Source: an uncultured Planctomycetia bacterium (GTDB lineage Bacteria > Omnitrophota > Gorgyraeia > Gorgyraeales > Gorgyraeaceae). Taken from it: a stretch of 64,000 bases of DNA. Below the pieces are notes generated by a model. That model had not been told where the DNA came from. It saw only the letters and a program-made list of their open reading frames with translations, and ran no database searches. A program made the position numbers and the translations under genes. Location: the NCBI GenBank assembly GCA_964415355.1, contig CAYPYS010000003.1:68156-132155 (forward strand), given 5' to 3'. Below, in pieces: positions 48,395-58,028 of this stretch; the first letter of the stretch is position 1; each line of letters starts with the position of its first letter.

Positions 48395-49023
48395 GCTCCC
48401 CTGCTTTTCTCTGCCAGAAAGTACGTAAGCCTTTCTAGCTCCATAGAGAGATCTATATTTAAAATCTCTACATCTTTTGGGCCTCTCGACGCCCTGGGCC
48501 TTATAGGCGCAAAATTTAGTATGGCCTTGATCCCTGAAGAAACAAGGTTATCAATAACATCCTGCGCTGACTCATGCGGAACAGCAACGACCGCCATGCT
48601 TAATTTATTGGCGCTTACTATTTTTTTGAGGTCCTTTATATCTCTTATCTTAATCCCCTGCCTGACTTTGTCAATCTTTCTCTTGTCATTATCAAATGCA
48701 TACTTTATATTAAATCCCTGCCCCTTGAACCCCTTATAAGCAAGAAGCGCTGAGCCAAGATTGCCCACACCGACCAATGCAACAGCCCAATCTCTGTCTA
48801 TGCCCAGGATTTTTCTGAGCTGCTCCTTTAATTCCTCTATTATATATCCCCGGCCGCGCGTGCCAAACTGACCAAAATACGCAAGATCTTTTCTGATCTG
48901 CGCAGCACTGCAACCAGTAAGGCTCGAGAGTTCTTGCGAGGAAATCACGCTTGCATTTTTGGTTGATAAAAGTGCTCTATAATAAAGTGAAATCCTAGGG
49001 ATACTTAGAGATGGGATCTTCAT
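48391..49023 (-). CDS. rex: Redox-sensing transcriptional repressor
   Basis: QIRKDLAYFGQFG.RG.GY, VGVGNLG, ILNFAP. Confidence 0.95.
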   Translation of the reverse strand: MKIPSLSIPRISLYYRALLSTKNASVISSQELSSLTGCSAAQIRKDLAYFGQFGTRGRGYIIEELKEQLRKILGIDRDWAVALVGVGNLGSALLAYKGFKGQGFNIKYAFDNDKRKIDKVRQGIKIRDIKDLKKIVSANKLSMAVVAVPHESAQDVIDNLVSSGIKAILNFAPIRPRASRGPKDVEILNIDLSMELERLTYFLAEKSRGA

Positions 49024-49082
49024 GCTATTTTCGCACGGTTACAAAAGGTACAAAAACTCTAAAAATCTGTACCTTCTGTACC

Positions 49083-49119
49083 TAACTTTACATTTCAACA
49101 ACGTTAAAATGTAAAGTTA
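49083..49119. repeat. Palindromic element copy 25
   Basis: TAACTTTACATTTCAACAACGTTAAAATGTAAAGTTA. Confidence 0.95.
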
Positions 49120-49126
49120 GGGATAA

Positions 49127-50332
49127 TTACTTTATTGGTCTTTCTTTTAGAGGCTTAAATGTAACGCCGCTTTCAGCCCCTGGGATAGGTGCAACAGGCT
49201 CTGTAAGGAGAAATTCCCCCTTATCGATCCAGCCTTTGAGAGTCTGGGCTATTTCAACTGCCTTTGAGTAGCTGGACAAAGCGCCTGTCGGCACTTCTTT
49301 CCCCTTCACTTGAATCTTGCCACTCTTAAGCTGAGTATAATTCACCTCTCCAAGACTTCCTGGTTTGCAATTTGGGTAGGAATCGCTATAGTCAACTATC
49401 TGTGTCCAGATTTCTTCGTCTTTTACCGCTGTAAATTTACATATCTCTTCATTAAGTATAGGTATAGGCACACCTACGCCGACTGTGAGTGTAACGCCAT
49501 AGCCCTGAAAAGTCGTACCTACTAAATAGTCGGAAGACATTTCTTTTAAATCTCCGATTACTGCCAGCGTACCTGCTGGTGCTTGAGGAATTCCAGTGTT
49601 TTTGCGCTTAACTGTTGGCGCGTGCTGAGTACCCTGCCATGCCACATAACCTGTGCCTCCTCCGAGGAATATCTTTGTGCCGATACCTAACGTCTTGTAG
49701 TGAGGATCATTTAATAGTGGTGAAAGCTGGCCTGCGCTGCAATAATAAGCATTGCCAAGCTGCGGCCTCAAGGTGCCCATGTAAGTATAAATCATCCTGT
49801 CAGAAAGATTCACGGCACAGTTATAATTCTGGTACACGTTCCTGATATTAAAGAGAACTGTTTCATTCAGATCTTTTATATTAATAAGCGTCTCTAGTTT
49901 CTTGCGAGGATAACAGTCGGTGCCATAAGCTGTAGCAGAAAGCCTAAGATCCTTCCCTGCAACAAGCTCCTCTATTACATGCGCGCCGCCATATTTAAAC
50001 TCGCCTGGATAGACTTTATTGGTAGGATCGTCCTCGGGCATAGCGGTCGCACCTAAAAATAAATCAACTGCTGCAAAGCCAGCGTATACAGGCACGTCAT
50101 TCAACGTAACCTTGCCTCCGCCGAGCTTTATCCTGGGCTTGGAGTGACCTATATTAAAATACGCACCTGATGAACACATTGGCCCGAACGTCCCTGTGGT
50201 TACAACATCCACTTTCGCCGCTGTCTTCTCAAGACCATCTCGCTCCACCAAGTCAATTATCTCTTCTGCTGTGACAACCACAGCCTGCTTCTTTTTGATC
50301 TTTTCATTGATCTCTCTAATAGTCTTCGCCAT
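49127..50332 (-). CDS. Homocysteine biosynthesis protein (DUF39; MA1821/MJ0100-like)
   Basis: EINEKI..AVVVTAEE, VDVVTTGTFGPMCSSG, YGTDCYPR, SAGQLSPLLNDP. Confidence 0.88.
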   Translation of the reverse strand: MAKTIREINEKIKKKQAVVVTAEEIIDLVERDGLEKTAAKVDVVTTGTFGPMCSSGAYFNIGHSKPRIKLGGGKVTLNDVPVYAGFAAVDLFLGATAMPEDDPTNKVYPGEFKYGGAHVIEELVAGKDLRLSATAYGTDCYPRKKLETLINIKDLNETVLFNIRNVYQNYNCAVNLSDRMIYTYMGTLRPQLGNAYYCSAGQLSPLLNDPHYKTLGIGTKIFLGGGTGYVAWQGTQHAPTVKRKNTGIPQAPAGTLAVIGDLKEMSSDYLVGTTFQGYGVTLTVGVGVPIPILNEEICKFTAVKDEEIWTQIVDYSDSYPNCKPGSLGEVNYTQLKSGKIQVKGKEVPTGALSSYSKAVEIAQTLKGWIDKGEFLLTEPVAPIPGAESGVTFKPLKERPIK

Positions 50333-50363
50333 TCCAAGCCTCCCTTTCATTTTAAGAGTTTGC

Positions 50364-50400
50364 TAACTTTACACTTTAACGTTGTTGAAATGTAAAGTTA
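50364..50400. repeat. Palindromic element copy 26 (supplies cysK stop)
   Basis: TAACTTTACACTTTAACGTTGTTGAAATGTAAAGTTA. Confidence 0.95.
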
Positions 50401-51324
50401 GGATTTGAATAAGTCTGTGCTTATGTATCTTTCTCCTGTGTCGGGTAAGATTACTACTATGAGCTTGCCTTTGTTCTCTGGACGTTTGGCTATTTCCACC
50501 GCTGCATACACTGCTGCGCCACTGGATATGCCTGCAAGTATCCCTTCTTCTTTAGCTAGAAGTTTTGAAGTCGCAAATGCGTCTTCGTTTTTAACTTTTA
50601 GAATCTCATCTATTAATCCAGTATCCAAGACATCTGGGACAAAACCAGCGCCTATGCCCTGGATCTTATGAGACCCGGAACTACCTCCGGAAAGAACAGG
50701 TGAATCAAATGGCTCAACCGCTACCACTTTAAATTCTTTTTTTCTCTTCTTTATAGCCTGGGCCACGCCTGTCAAAGTACCACCTGTCCCAACGCCACTA
50801 ATAAGAATATCGACCTTTCCGTCTGTGTCTTTCCAGATTTCTTCAGCTGTTGCTTCTCTGTGGATCTTTGGATTCGCAGGATTTTTAAACTGTTGTGGCA
50901 TAAAAGCACCTTTGGTCTTTTTGGTCAACTCTTCTGCCTTTTCAACAGCACCCTTCATGCCTTTGTCGCCGGGCGTAAGAACGATCTCAGCCCCGAATAA
51001 GTCCAGAACCTTTCGCCTCTCGACACTCATTGTCTCAGGCATTGTAATAATAAGCTTATAACCCTTTGCTGCTGCGATAAACGCAAGACCAATGCCAGTA
51101 TTGCCACTAGTAGGCTCTATGATCGTGCCGCCTGGCTTTAAAATACCTTTATCCTCCGCATCCTTGATCATTGAAAAACCTATCCTATCCTTCACGCTGC
51201 CGCAAGGATTAAAGGATTCGAGCTTCCCGACAATTTCCGCTTCTATATCTTTGGCTATAGCGCCCAATCTTACGAGCGGGGTATTTCCAATCGTCTCTGT
51301 TATATCTTTATAAATCTTAGACAT
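50398..51324 (-). CDS. cysK: Cysteine synthase A
   Basis: [32 protein letters not shown]. Confidence 0.97.
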   Translation of the reverse strand: MSKIYKDITETIGNTPLVRLGAIAKDIEAEIVGKLESFNPCGSVKDRIGFSMIKDAEDKGILKPGGTIIEPTSGNTGIGLAFIAAAKGYKLIITMPETMSVERRKVLDLFGAEIVLTPGDKGMKGAVEKAEELTKKTKGAFMPQQFKNPANPKIHREATAEEIWKDTDGKVDILISGVGTGGTLTGVAQAIKKRKKEFKVVAVEPFDSPVLSGGSSGSHKIQGIGAGFVPDVLDTGLIDEILKVKNEDAFATSKLLAKEEGILAGISSGAAVYAAVEIAKRPENKGKLIVVILPDTGERYISTDLFKS

Positions 51325-51337
51325 TATTACCTCCTCA

Positions 51338-51790
51338 TTAAATATAATAGGTAGGCTCTTTTTTCTCTTTTCTTCTCTCTTCCAGTTTTCTCACTAGCTC
51401 AGCAAAGGTAACCGTATCTACCGTAAGAGAAATAGCTGTATACACCTGATTCCATATGTCTCTAAATACACAGGACTTGAAATCCTTGCAATCATCATAC
51501 CTTTTTTTGTTTGCGCAGCTAATTGGTTCTATCGGGCCTTCTATAAATCTAATCACCTCGCCCATTGTAATCTTCTCAGGAGGCCTTGCTAGAAAATAAC
51601 CACCACTTACACCACGTTTACTATCTACAAAACCGCCTTTCTTTAAGATAAGCAAAACCTGTTCCAAAAATTTTGCAGGGATATCGCCTTTTTTTGAAAG
51701 ATCCTGAATAGAGAAAACACCTTTATTATAATTTAAGGCTAATTCCAGCATTGTCTTGAGCGCGTAGTCGGTTTTATAACTTATCTTCAT
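51338..51790 (-). CDS. Rrf2-family regulator (CymR/IscR-like)
   Basis: [20 protein letters not shown]; adjacent to cysK. Confidence 0.9.
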   Translation of the reverse strand: MKISYKTDYALKTMLELALNYNKGVFSIQDLSKKGDIPAKFLEQVLLILKKGGFVDSKRGVSGGYFLARPPEKITMGEVIRFIEGPIEPISCANKKRYDDCKDFKSCVFRDIWNQVYTAISLTVDTVTFAELVRKLEERRKEKKEPTYYI

Positions 51791-51869
51791 CTTAGCCTCC
51801 TAATCTCTATAATTATGATTTACTTAGTAGTGATTATAACACAACCTCTTCCGATGTCAAGTATTTTTT

Positions 51870-51906
51870 TAAGTATACACTTTAACATTGTTGAAATGTA
51901 AACTTA
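51870..51906. repeat. Palindromic element copy 27 (hybrid; supplies stop)
   Basis: TAAGTATACACTTTAACATTGTTGAAATGTAAACTTA. Confidence 0.95.
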
Positions 51907-52605
51907 AGCAATATTATACAAACTTGATTTTTCTTTTGGAATTATTTTGCCGTCTTGTAAATAGACTACTTTATTGGCCTGTGAGCCTAATTTAGGATTG
52001 TGGGTCGCTACTATTATTGTCAGGCCTTCTTCTTTATTTAGCTTCTTGAATATATCAAATATTTCCTGCGCGCTTTTTGTGTCCAGGTTACCTGTTGGCT
52101 CGTCTGCCAATAAAATTTTAGGTGATGTTGCCAATGCCCTTGCGATCGCTACTCTCTGCCTCTCCCCTCCGGATAACTCTTTTGGCAAATGATTCATACG
52201 ATGGCCAAGGCCTACTTTTCTAAGGATCTCTACTGATTTGCTTCTTCCTTGATATTGTCTTGAAAAAGATAAAGGGAGTTCCGCGTTCTCTAGCGCCGTA
52301 AGGCTTGATATAAGAAGAAAATCCTGAAATATAAAACTGATACCACTGCGCCTCATATTAACCAATGCGTTCTCTTTAGCACTTGAGACATCCTTTCCCA
52401 GGACCTCTAGTTTTCCTCCGGAAATCATGTCCAGGCAACCTATCATATCCAAAAGCGTGGTCTTGCCTGAGCCAGACGGCCCCATGAGCGCGACAAAATC
52501 ACCCTGCCGGATATCCAGACTGACGCCATTGACTGCCCGTATATTTTCGGCAGTCAATTTATATATCTTTGTTAAATTTTGTGTTTTTATAATATTATCG
52601 GCCAT
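51904..52605 (-). CDS. ABC transporter ATP-binding protein (LolD/MacB-type)
   Basis: GPSGSGKT, LSGGERQR, LADEPTGNLD. Confidence 0.95.
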   Translation of the reverse strand: MADNIIKTQNLTKIYKLTAENIRAVNGVSLDIRQGDFVALMGPSGSGKTTLLDMIGCLDMISGGKLEVLGKDVSSAKENALVNMRRSGISFIFQDFLLISSLTALENAELPLSFSRQYQGRSKSVEILRKVGLGHRMNHLPKELSGGERQRVAIARALATSPKILLADEPTGNLDTKSAQEIFDIFKKLNKEEGLTIIVATHNPKLGSQANKVVYLQDGKIIPKEKSSLYNIA

Positions 52606-52607
52606 TT

Positions 52608-53792
52608 TTAATCTCCTGTTCTGATGGCCTCTATTGGCCTCATTGACGATGCCCTCAATGCAGGATATGTCCCCGCGATCAGCCCCATAATTATGGTCGC
52701 TACAAATGATAGAATTAAAAGATAAGGTGTAATCAATACTAATTGGCCGCCAGGCGTATAAGGCAAGACCTGCCTTATAATGCGTTCCACTAAATTACTC
52801 CCTAAGATAGCCAGGATATTCCCAAAAATCCCTCCAAAGATACAAACAAGAGTCGTCTCTATCCATATTATCCGGAATATATCCATTCTGGACGCACCGA
52901 GCGCCTTCATGACTCCTATCTCACGCGTACGCTCGAATACCGACATTAAAATAGTATTCGTAACCCCGATCACGGCTATAAAAATAGCTATTATGGCAAC
53001 AGAATTTGCCATAACCTTGGCTGACGCTATTAGATTCAGGATGGTTCCCCTTACCTGCGCAAGACTTATGACCTGTATGCCCGGCTCATTGTATAAATCC
53101 TCCTCAAATTCCGAAAGCATGGTGATTTCTTCTAGCTTTACGCCTATGCCGGTTAATTTACCCGAAAGACCGAATATAGTCTGAGCTGTCTTTAAAGGCA
53201 TAAAGATCACGCCGTCATCCTGCGTGCCTGTGCGCTCAAAAATACCTCTCACTGTAAGTATCTTCTCTACGCCTGGTATAAAAAGTTTATCTCCGACCAG
53301 GCGCTGCTCTACCTCAGCCGCCTCATAGCCCATTATGACTTCGTCTGCCGCATCGGTCGAAAACCATCCTCCGTCTTTAAACTTATTCCACGGTTTTAAT
53401 TTAAGAAAGGATCTTTCGATGCCCATATACATCGCAAACCCGCCTCGGCCCTCTGACCTTTCCTGATTATATACGGTAGAGACAAGCTGCGGAGTTATCG
53501 TATCCACTCTTTGATCATCCACGATCCTTTCGTATATATCCTCGTCCATATAACGAAGGCCTCCTCCACCCTTAAGCATGAGCGTAGCTGCCTCATACGG
53601 GCAACCCTTGGCAGTTACCAGAACATGATAACCCATCCTGTCGATATCAGTACTAAGCCCTTTCTGATAACCTTTGTCAAAGCCCAAAAGACTTACTAAA
53701 ACCGCCACTGCTATTGACACGCCACCTACTGTCAGAACGGTGCGTATTTTTTTCCGTTTGAGATTCTTAAAAGCTATTATAAAAAATCTCAT
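52608..53792 (-). CDS. ABC transporter permease (MacB/FtsX family)
   Basis: RKKIRTVLT, MSVFERTREIGVMKALGA, YPALRAS. Confidence 0.92.
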   Translation of the reverse strand: MRFFIIAFKNLKRKKIRTVLTVGGVSIAVAVLVSLLGFDKGYQKGLSTDIDRMGYHVLVTAKGCPYEAATLMLKGGGGLRYMDEDIYERIVDDQRVDTITPQLVSTVYNQERSEGRGGFAMYMGIERSFLKLKPWNKFKDGGWFSTDAADEVIMGYEAAEVEQRLVGDKLFIPGVEKILTVRGIFERTGTQDDGVIFMPLKTAQTIFGLSGKLTGIGVKLEEITMLSEFEEDLYNEPGIQVISLAQVRGTILNLIASAKVMANSVAIIAIFIAVIGVTNTILMSVFERTREIGVMKALGASRMDIFRIIWIETTLVCIFGGIFGNILAILGSNLVERIIRQVLPYTPGGQLVLITPYLLILSFVATIIMGLIAGTYPALRASSMRPIEAIRTGD

Positions 53793-54160
53793 TTTAGCTC
53801 CACCCCTTCTCCTATGATCATTGTCTTTCCGTATTGTATCTTTACTTTACCTTCTACAGTAGCCGTACTGCCGACCTTCTGCGGAATGGCAAAGCCATAA
53901 GGTTTGAAATCCACGTATATCACGCCTTCCTTGTCTTTCAAATCGATCCAACACCCTGTAGAGCACTCGTTTATTATCTTTCCCTCTACCCTTACTGTTT
54001 CACCATTGTATTTATCCGGATTTGAAAGAATGTCGCCTACTTCGGTCGCCTCTCTCTCTGTAAGGGCCTTTCCAAAATTCTCTCTCTTGCCACATCCGTT
54101 CAAAAATCCTATGCCGAAAACCAGTAAACCTATCAAAGCCAAAAACGTCAATCTCTTCAT
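53789..54160 (-). CDS. OB-fold-like lipoprotein
   Basis: Lipobox LNGC; VEGKIINECSTGCW. Confidence 0.75.
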   Translation of the reverse strand: MKRLTFLALIGLLVFGIGFLNGCGKRENFGKALTEREATEVGDILSNPDKYNGETVRVEGKIINECSTGCWIDLKDKEGVIYVDFKPYGFAIPQKVGSTATVEGKVKIQYGKTMIIGEGVELK

Positions 54161-54768
54161 TTTTCATCGCCTCCCCAGAATCTCTCGAGAAGAATAAGGT
54201 TCTTTTTAATCCCCCTTAATGTCGAATAAAAATCTTCTGCACTGTTTTCGCTCAGGTCTTTTATGCCCTCCAAAACACCCTTATTAAAAAAATCCTCTAG
54301 CTTCAAGCCTATAAACTGCCCTGTAAAAGAATCATCCCTGAATTTAGGCGCTTCGGGCGAAGAGATCTTCTGATAATAAAAATCTATGATAGTGCTCTCT
54401 AAATCCGTGGCCAAAATGATCTGCATGCCGCCGTACATGCCTTTTTGATTCACGCCATGAACACGACCTATTAGTTCTTTACCTTTTAGAACAGTGTAAT
54501 AGGCGTAGGGAGTATCTAATGTTTCGTAGATCGAATCGAACGTATCTCCTAATTCCTCTTCTATTTCCCTTTTCAACTCCTCTCCACCCCTTTCCTCTAT
54601 AGTAATAAACTCTGTCCTGTAACCCGTAGATTCCGGGAAAATCCTTCTTATGTCTCTATCCGGGTCATTCAAGGTGCACCCCACAGCAGCGAATGATACT
54701 GTAGCATAGCCGAGCAAGAATAAAATACTAATTCCCAAAATAATAGAATTGCAACAAGGCCTTGTCAT
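54157..54768 (-). CDS. Exported hypothetical protein (FMN-binding-domain-like)
   Basis: Signal peptide; KGMYGGMQII..F..QFIG resembles the RnfG/NosR fold; start uncertain. Confidence 0.65.
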   Translation of the reverse strand: MTRPCCNSIILGISILFLLGYATVSFAAVGCTLNDPDRDIRRIFPESTGYRTEFITIEERGGEELKREIEEELGDTFDSIYETLDTPYAYYTVLKGKELIGRVHGVNQKGMYGGMQIILATDLESTIIDFYYQKISSPEAPKFRDDSFTGQFIGLKLEDFFNKGVLEGIKDLSENSAEDFYSTLRGIKKNLILLERFWGGDEK

Positions 54769-55735
54769 CTTCTTTCTCTCCATAAAGATTAAAATCATGC
54801 GCAAGAAGCGTCCTGAGCGTAATGTTTTCGTTTAACTTATAGGAAATACCCGCGCTCAAGGTAGAATCATCAGTATCGCTAGCGTGGATATCGTTTATCC
54901 ATGACTGAAACTGCAGTTCCAACTGCACATTTTGATGCTTTGGCAAGGTATAATCTAGTTCAAAAAGATAGCCTAAAACATCTTCATTGTCATCTTGTCC
55001 ATAAGCTAGCTCTCCTTTAAAAACATATGGTCCATAGAGATATTGCGCATCCAGGCCAATTCTTTCCTTAGTGACTGCATCATTTGACAGAAGATGATTT
55101 TTTGGAAACGTGCTCATGCCTTTTGTCTTCAAAACCTCTCCATGCATAAAAGAGATGCCATATTGAAAATCCTGAGTCGCGGGCGAGCCGATCCTTGTAG
55201 TAAAAAGATAGATTCCATCAGTCCTCCGAATACTCATGCCTGAACCAGTCTGCAAGGCAATCTTATAGTCAAATTTTTCCATGCTTCCTTTTAATGCTAC
55301 GCCCCAGTCTTTTTTAAAACCAATATTTTTCTTTGCCAGAGTCTGCATAAGCGTTCCATGCGTGTCAAGCACCGGCTCCAGCCCAAAGGCCGGGTCAAAA
55401 TGTCCGAGCTTAATGTTATACCCATAGCCAAGCTTATACTCCATCCATGCATTGTGGATCTCGATTGCCCGCGCATCCTGTGAATCCTCTAAGCTGTCAT
55501 ATGAAAATCGTACCTGTAGATCAGTCGTGAGAAAATCCCCGTATTCGTCCGAAAATTTCCTGTAGTCTTCGAACCCGATAGAATTCATCAAGGAATCGCC
55601 CTTGCCTGTCCACTCATCCCTATCTGAATAGCCTCCTATAATATTGACCTCTTTATAAAAAAGCGCCTGATTAGCAAATGCAAGGGTTACTGAAAAAATA
55701 AAGACCGAGGCTATGATAAAACTTATAATTTTCAT
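54728..55735 (-). CDS. Outer-membrane beta-barrel / porin-like protein
   Basis: Signal peptide, alternating aromatic strands, C-terminal QFYYF. Confidence 0.7.
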   Translation of the reverse strand: MKIISFIIASVFIFSVTLAFANQALFYKEVNIIGGYSDRDEWTGKGDSLMNSIGFEDYRKFSDEYGDFLTTDLQVRFSYDSLEDSQDARAIEIHNAWMEYKLGYGYNIKLGHFDPAFGLEPVLDTHGTLMQTLAKKNIGFKKDWGVALKGSMEKFDYKIALQTGSGMSIRRTDGIYLFTTRIGSPATQDFQYGISFMHGEVLKTKGMSTFPKNHLLSNDAVTKERIGLDAQYLYGPYVFKGELAYGQDDNEDVLGYLFELDYTLPKHQNVQLELQFQSWINDIHASDTDDSTLSAGISYKLNENITLRTLLAHDFNLYGEKEDDKALLQFYYFGN

Positions 55736-55745
55736 CTCAAGATCC

Positions 55746-56030
55746 TTAGCCTGATTTTCTGAATCTGGAAATAAGTTCGATTATCTCATCTATCTTTTTC
55801 TCTTTTTCAGATTCAGACCTTCCTTTAAGGGCACGGACAACGCAACCATCAAGGTGTTTTCTAAAAATATTATTCTCTACCCTGTAGAGCGCGCCGATAA
55901 TAGAGTGGATCTGCGTGATGATATCCACGCAATAGCGGCCCTCATCTATCATTTTCTGGATGCCTTTGACCTGTCCTTCTATCCTCTTAAGAGGTATCAG
56001 CTGTTCCGGGTGTACGGTCTTCTGTTTCAT
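55746..56030 (-). CDS. csoR: CsoR-family metal-sensing repressor
   Basis: LKRIEGQVKGI, RYCVDII, HLDGCV (C-H-C). Confidence 0.9.
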   Translation of the reverse strand: MKQKTVHPEQLIPLKRIEGQVKGIQKMIDEGRYCVDIITQIHSIIGALYRVENNIFRKHLDGCVVRALKGRSESEKEKKIDEIIELISRFRKSG

Positions 56031-56058
56031 AGTAATCTCTCCTCCCACTGTAAGTATA

Positions 56059-56078
56059 CCATACCCCCCTACCCTATG
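56059..56078. promoter_or_regulatory. Putative CsoR operator
   Basis: CCATACCCCCCTACCCTATG: C-tract flanked by CATA/TATG, inside a minus-strand TTGACA-N17-TATACT promoter. Confidence 0.6.
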
Positions 56079-56091
56079 TCAAGAAGAAACC

Positions 56092-56128
56092 TAACTTTAC
56101 ATTTCAACAATGTTAAAGTGTATACTTA
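56092..56128. repeat. Palindromic element copy 28 (hybrid AACTTT/ATACTT)
   Basis: TAACTTTACATTTCAACAATGTTAAAGTGTATACTTA. Confidence 0.95.
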
Positions 56129-56132
56129 AGTG

Positions 56133-57227
56133 TTAATTTTTTGCAAATATATGCCTGGTCCTTAGGCATACCCTGACGAGCATCAGCATTACTGGTACCT
56201 CTATGAGTACCCCTACTACTGTTGCAAGGGATGCGCCTGAAGACAAGCCAAATAGGACCGTGGATGTGGCAATGGCAACCTCGAAATGATTACTAGCTCC
56301 GATCAATGCAGACGGAGCAGCATCCCTGTAGGAAAGTTTCAGCCATCTTGCCATTGCATAGGTCAGTCCGAATATAAGGCAGGTCTGTATAAAAAGCGGG
56401 ATCGCGATCAAAACTATTGTCTGGGGTTGATTTATGATCAATTCGCCTTTAAATGAAAATAAAAGCACGAGTGTAATAAGTAAAGCGCAAATCGACACTG
56501 GAGTCAGATAATGAAGGAATTTCTCTTCAAACCATCTGAAGCCTTTTCTGGCAATAATACATCTCCGCGTGTGATAGCCTAGAAAAAGCGGCATGCCCAC
56601 ATACATTACAACTGATAGCACAATGGTCTGCCATGGGATAGGCATCTTGTTCACACCCAATAGCCATCCTCCTAACGGCGCATAGAGAAAGAGCATGGCC
56701 AAAGAATTTACAGCCACCATGACAAGCGTATGGCCGTCATTGCCCTTGGACAGATGCCCCCAGATAAGCACCATTGCAGTGCACGGCGCAATGCCCAACA
56801 GTATACACCCAGAAATATAAGAACGGTATAACTCTACCTCTTGTCCTCCTCTAACGATTTCAAAACCAGGGAGCATTTTCTTAAAAAACACGCCTAAAAA
56901 TAAACTGGATATGGCCAACATGGTAAATGGCTTAATGCACCAGTTGACAAACAATGTAAGCGCTACTGGCTTGGGCGCTTTACCTGCCTTTATGACTTCT
57001 CTAAAATCAATCTTCACCATGATAGGATACATCATGAAGAAAAGACATATTGCTATAGGTATAGAGACCTGGTAGATGGAGATTCTATCTAAGGTGAGTG
57101 CAACTTGCGGGAACAACTTCCCGAGTAATATCCCTATGCCAATGCAAGCAATCACCCATACCGTGAGATATTTCTCAAAAAAACTCAAGCGTCGCTCTTC
57201 ATGCATAATTGCAGTTTTATTTCTCAT
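56133..57227 (-). CDS. acr3: ACR3-family arsenite efflux transporter
   Basis: [34 protein letters not shown]. Confidence 0.95.
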   Translation of the reverse strand: MRNKTAIMHEERRLSFFEKYLTVWVIACIGIGILLGKLFPQVALTLDRISIYQVSIPIAICLFFMMYPIMVKIDFREVIKAGKAPKPVALTLFVNWCIKPFTMLAISSLFLGVFFKKMLPGFEIVRGGQEVELYRSYISGCILLGIAPCTAMVLIWGHLSKGNDGHTLVMVAVNSLAMLFLYAPLGGWLLGVNKMPIPWQTIVLSVVMYVGMPLFLGYHTRRCIIARKGFRWFEEKFLHYLTPVSICALLITLVLLFSFKGELIINQPQTIVLIAIPLFIQTCLIFGLTYAMARWLKLSYRDAAPSALIGASNHFEVAIATSTVLFGLSSGASLATVVGVLIEVPVMLMLVRVCLRTRHIFAKN

Positions 57228-57289
57228 GTCTTAAATTCTATAATATTATCTAAGCGAAGTCGAGAAGAATATCATAAGGACGCGAGGCT

Positions 57290-57326
57290 TAAGTATACAC
57301 TTTAACATTGTTGAAATGTATACTTA
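57290..57326. repeat. Palindromic element copy 29 (supplies stop)
   Basis: TAAGTATACACTTTAACATTGTTGAAATGTATACTTA. Confidence 0.95.
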
Positions 57327-58028
57327 AGCAATTGTCTTCAGGAAGGTTTCTTTGCCGATTTCCTCGATTAATAAAGCGAGGCGTTGGCGGGGTTTGGCGT
57401 GCTGTTTATAGAAAGAAACGACTTTTTTGATCAAAGAGATTGCTTCCTCCTCTGTCAAAACTCTATCTAGCTTAAAACCAACTCTGGGAGTTCGACCGCC
57501 GCAGCCACCTATATATACTGCATAGCCAATTCTTTTTTCAGGATGCGATACATCCACTGCGCCATGTAGGCCTATCTCAGACACCTGTACTCTCGTACAG
57601 GCATTTGGGCAGCCAGATATCACGATCTTAAACTTATGGGGAAGATCCATAGCGCATTTTATGCCGGCATTTTCAATTTTCTCAAAAAGCGAGAACGTAT
57701 TCACAAGTCCCCGTTTGCACCAGTTATCCCCAGGGCATGCTGTTGTAGCTCTTAAGCGCGGCCCTGACGTCCCTGTTTCTATACCAGCGCTGCGAAGCTC
57801 CTTCTCCACGACATCGATAACTTCATATCTTATAAACGGGACCTCTATCCCCTGGCGCACAGTAATATGTGTAATACTACGTCCGTATTTTTTGGCAATA
57901 TCTGCAAGTTTTTCAAGATGTGAGTCTCCGTAATTACCTGCTGACATGCGCGTACGCAAAGTAAATAGCCCATCCTCTTTGGAACGCAAGAACCCACGTT
58001 TTTTCAATGCGTCATAATCTATGCTCAT
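57324..58028 (-). CDS. Small single-module sulfite/nitrite reductase
   Basis: Siroheme/4Fe-4S ligands ACPGDNWC and SGCPNAC; LPHKFK. Confidence 0.85.
   Translation of the reverse strand: MSIDYDALKKRGFLRSKEDGLFTLRTRMSAGNYGDSHLEKLADIAKKYGRSITHITVRQGIEVPFIRYEVIDVVEKELRSAGIETGTSGPRLRATTACPGDNWCKRGLVNTFSLFEKIENAGIKCAMDLPHKFKIVISGCPNACTRVQVSEIGLHGAVDVSHPEKRIGYAVYIGGCGGRTPRVGFKLDRVLTEEEAISLIKKVVSFYKQHAKPRQRLALLIEEIGKETFLKTIA

Noticed and set aside
49040-49080. Inverted repeat TACAAAAGGTACA...TGTACCTTCTGTA upstream of rex as a Rex operator
   Set aside because: It does not match TTGTGAA-N4-TTCACAA; single occurrence, so no function can be supported.
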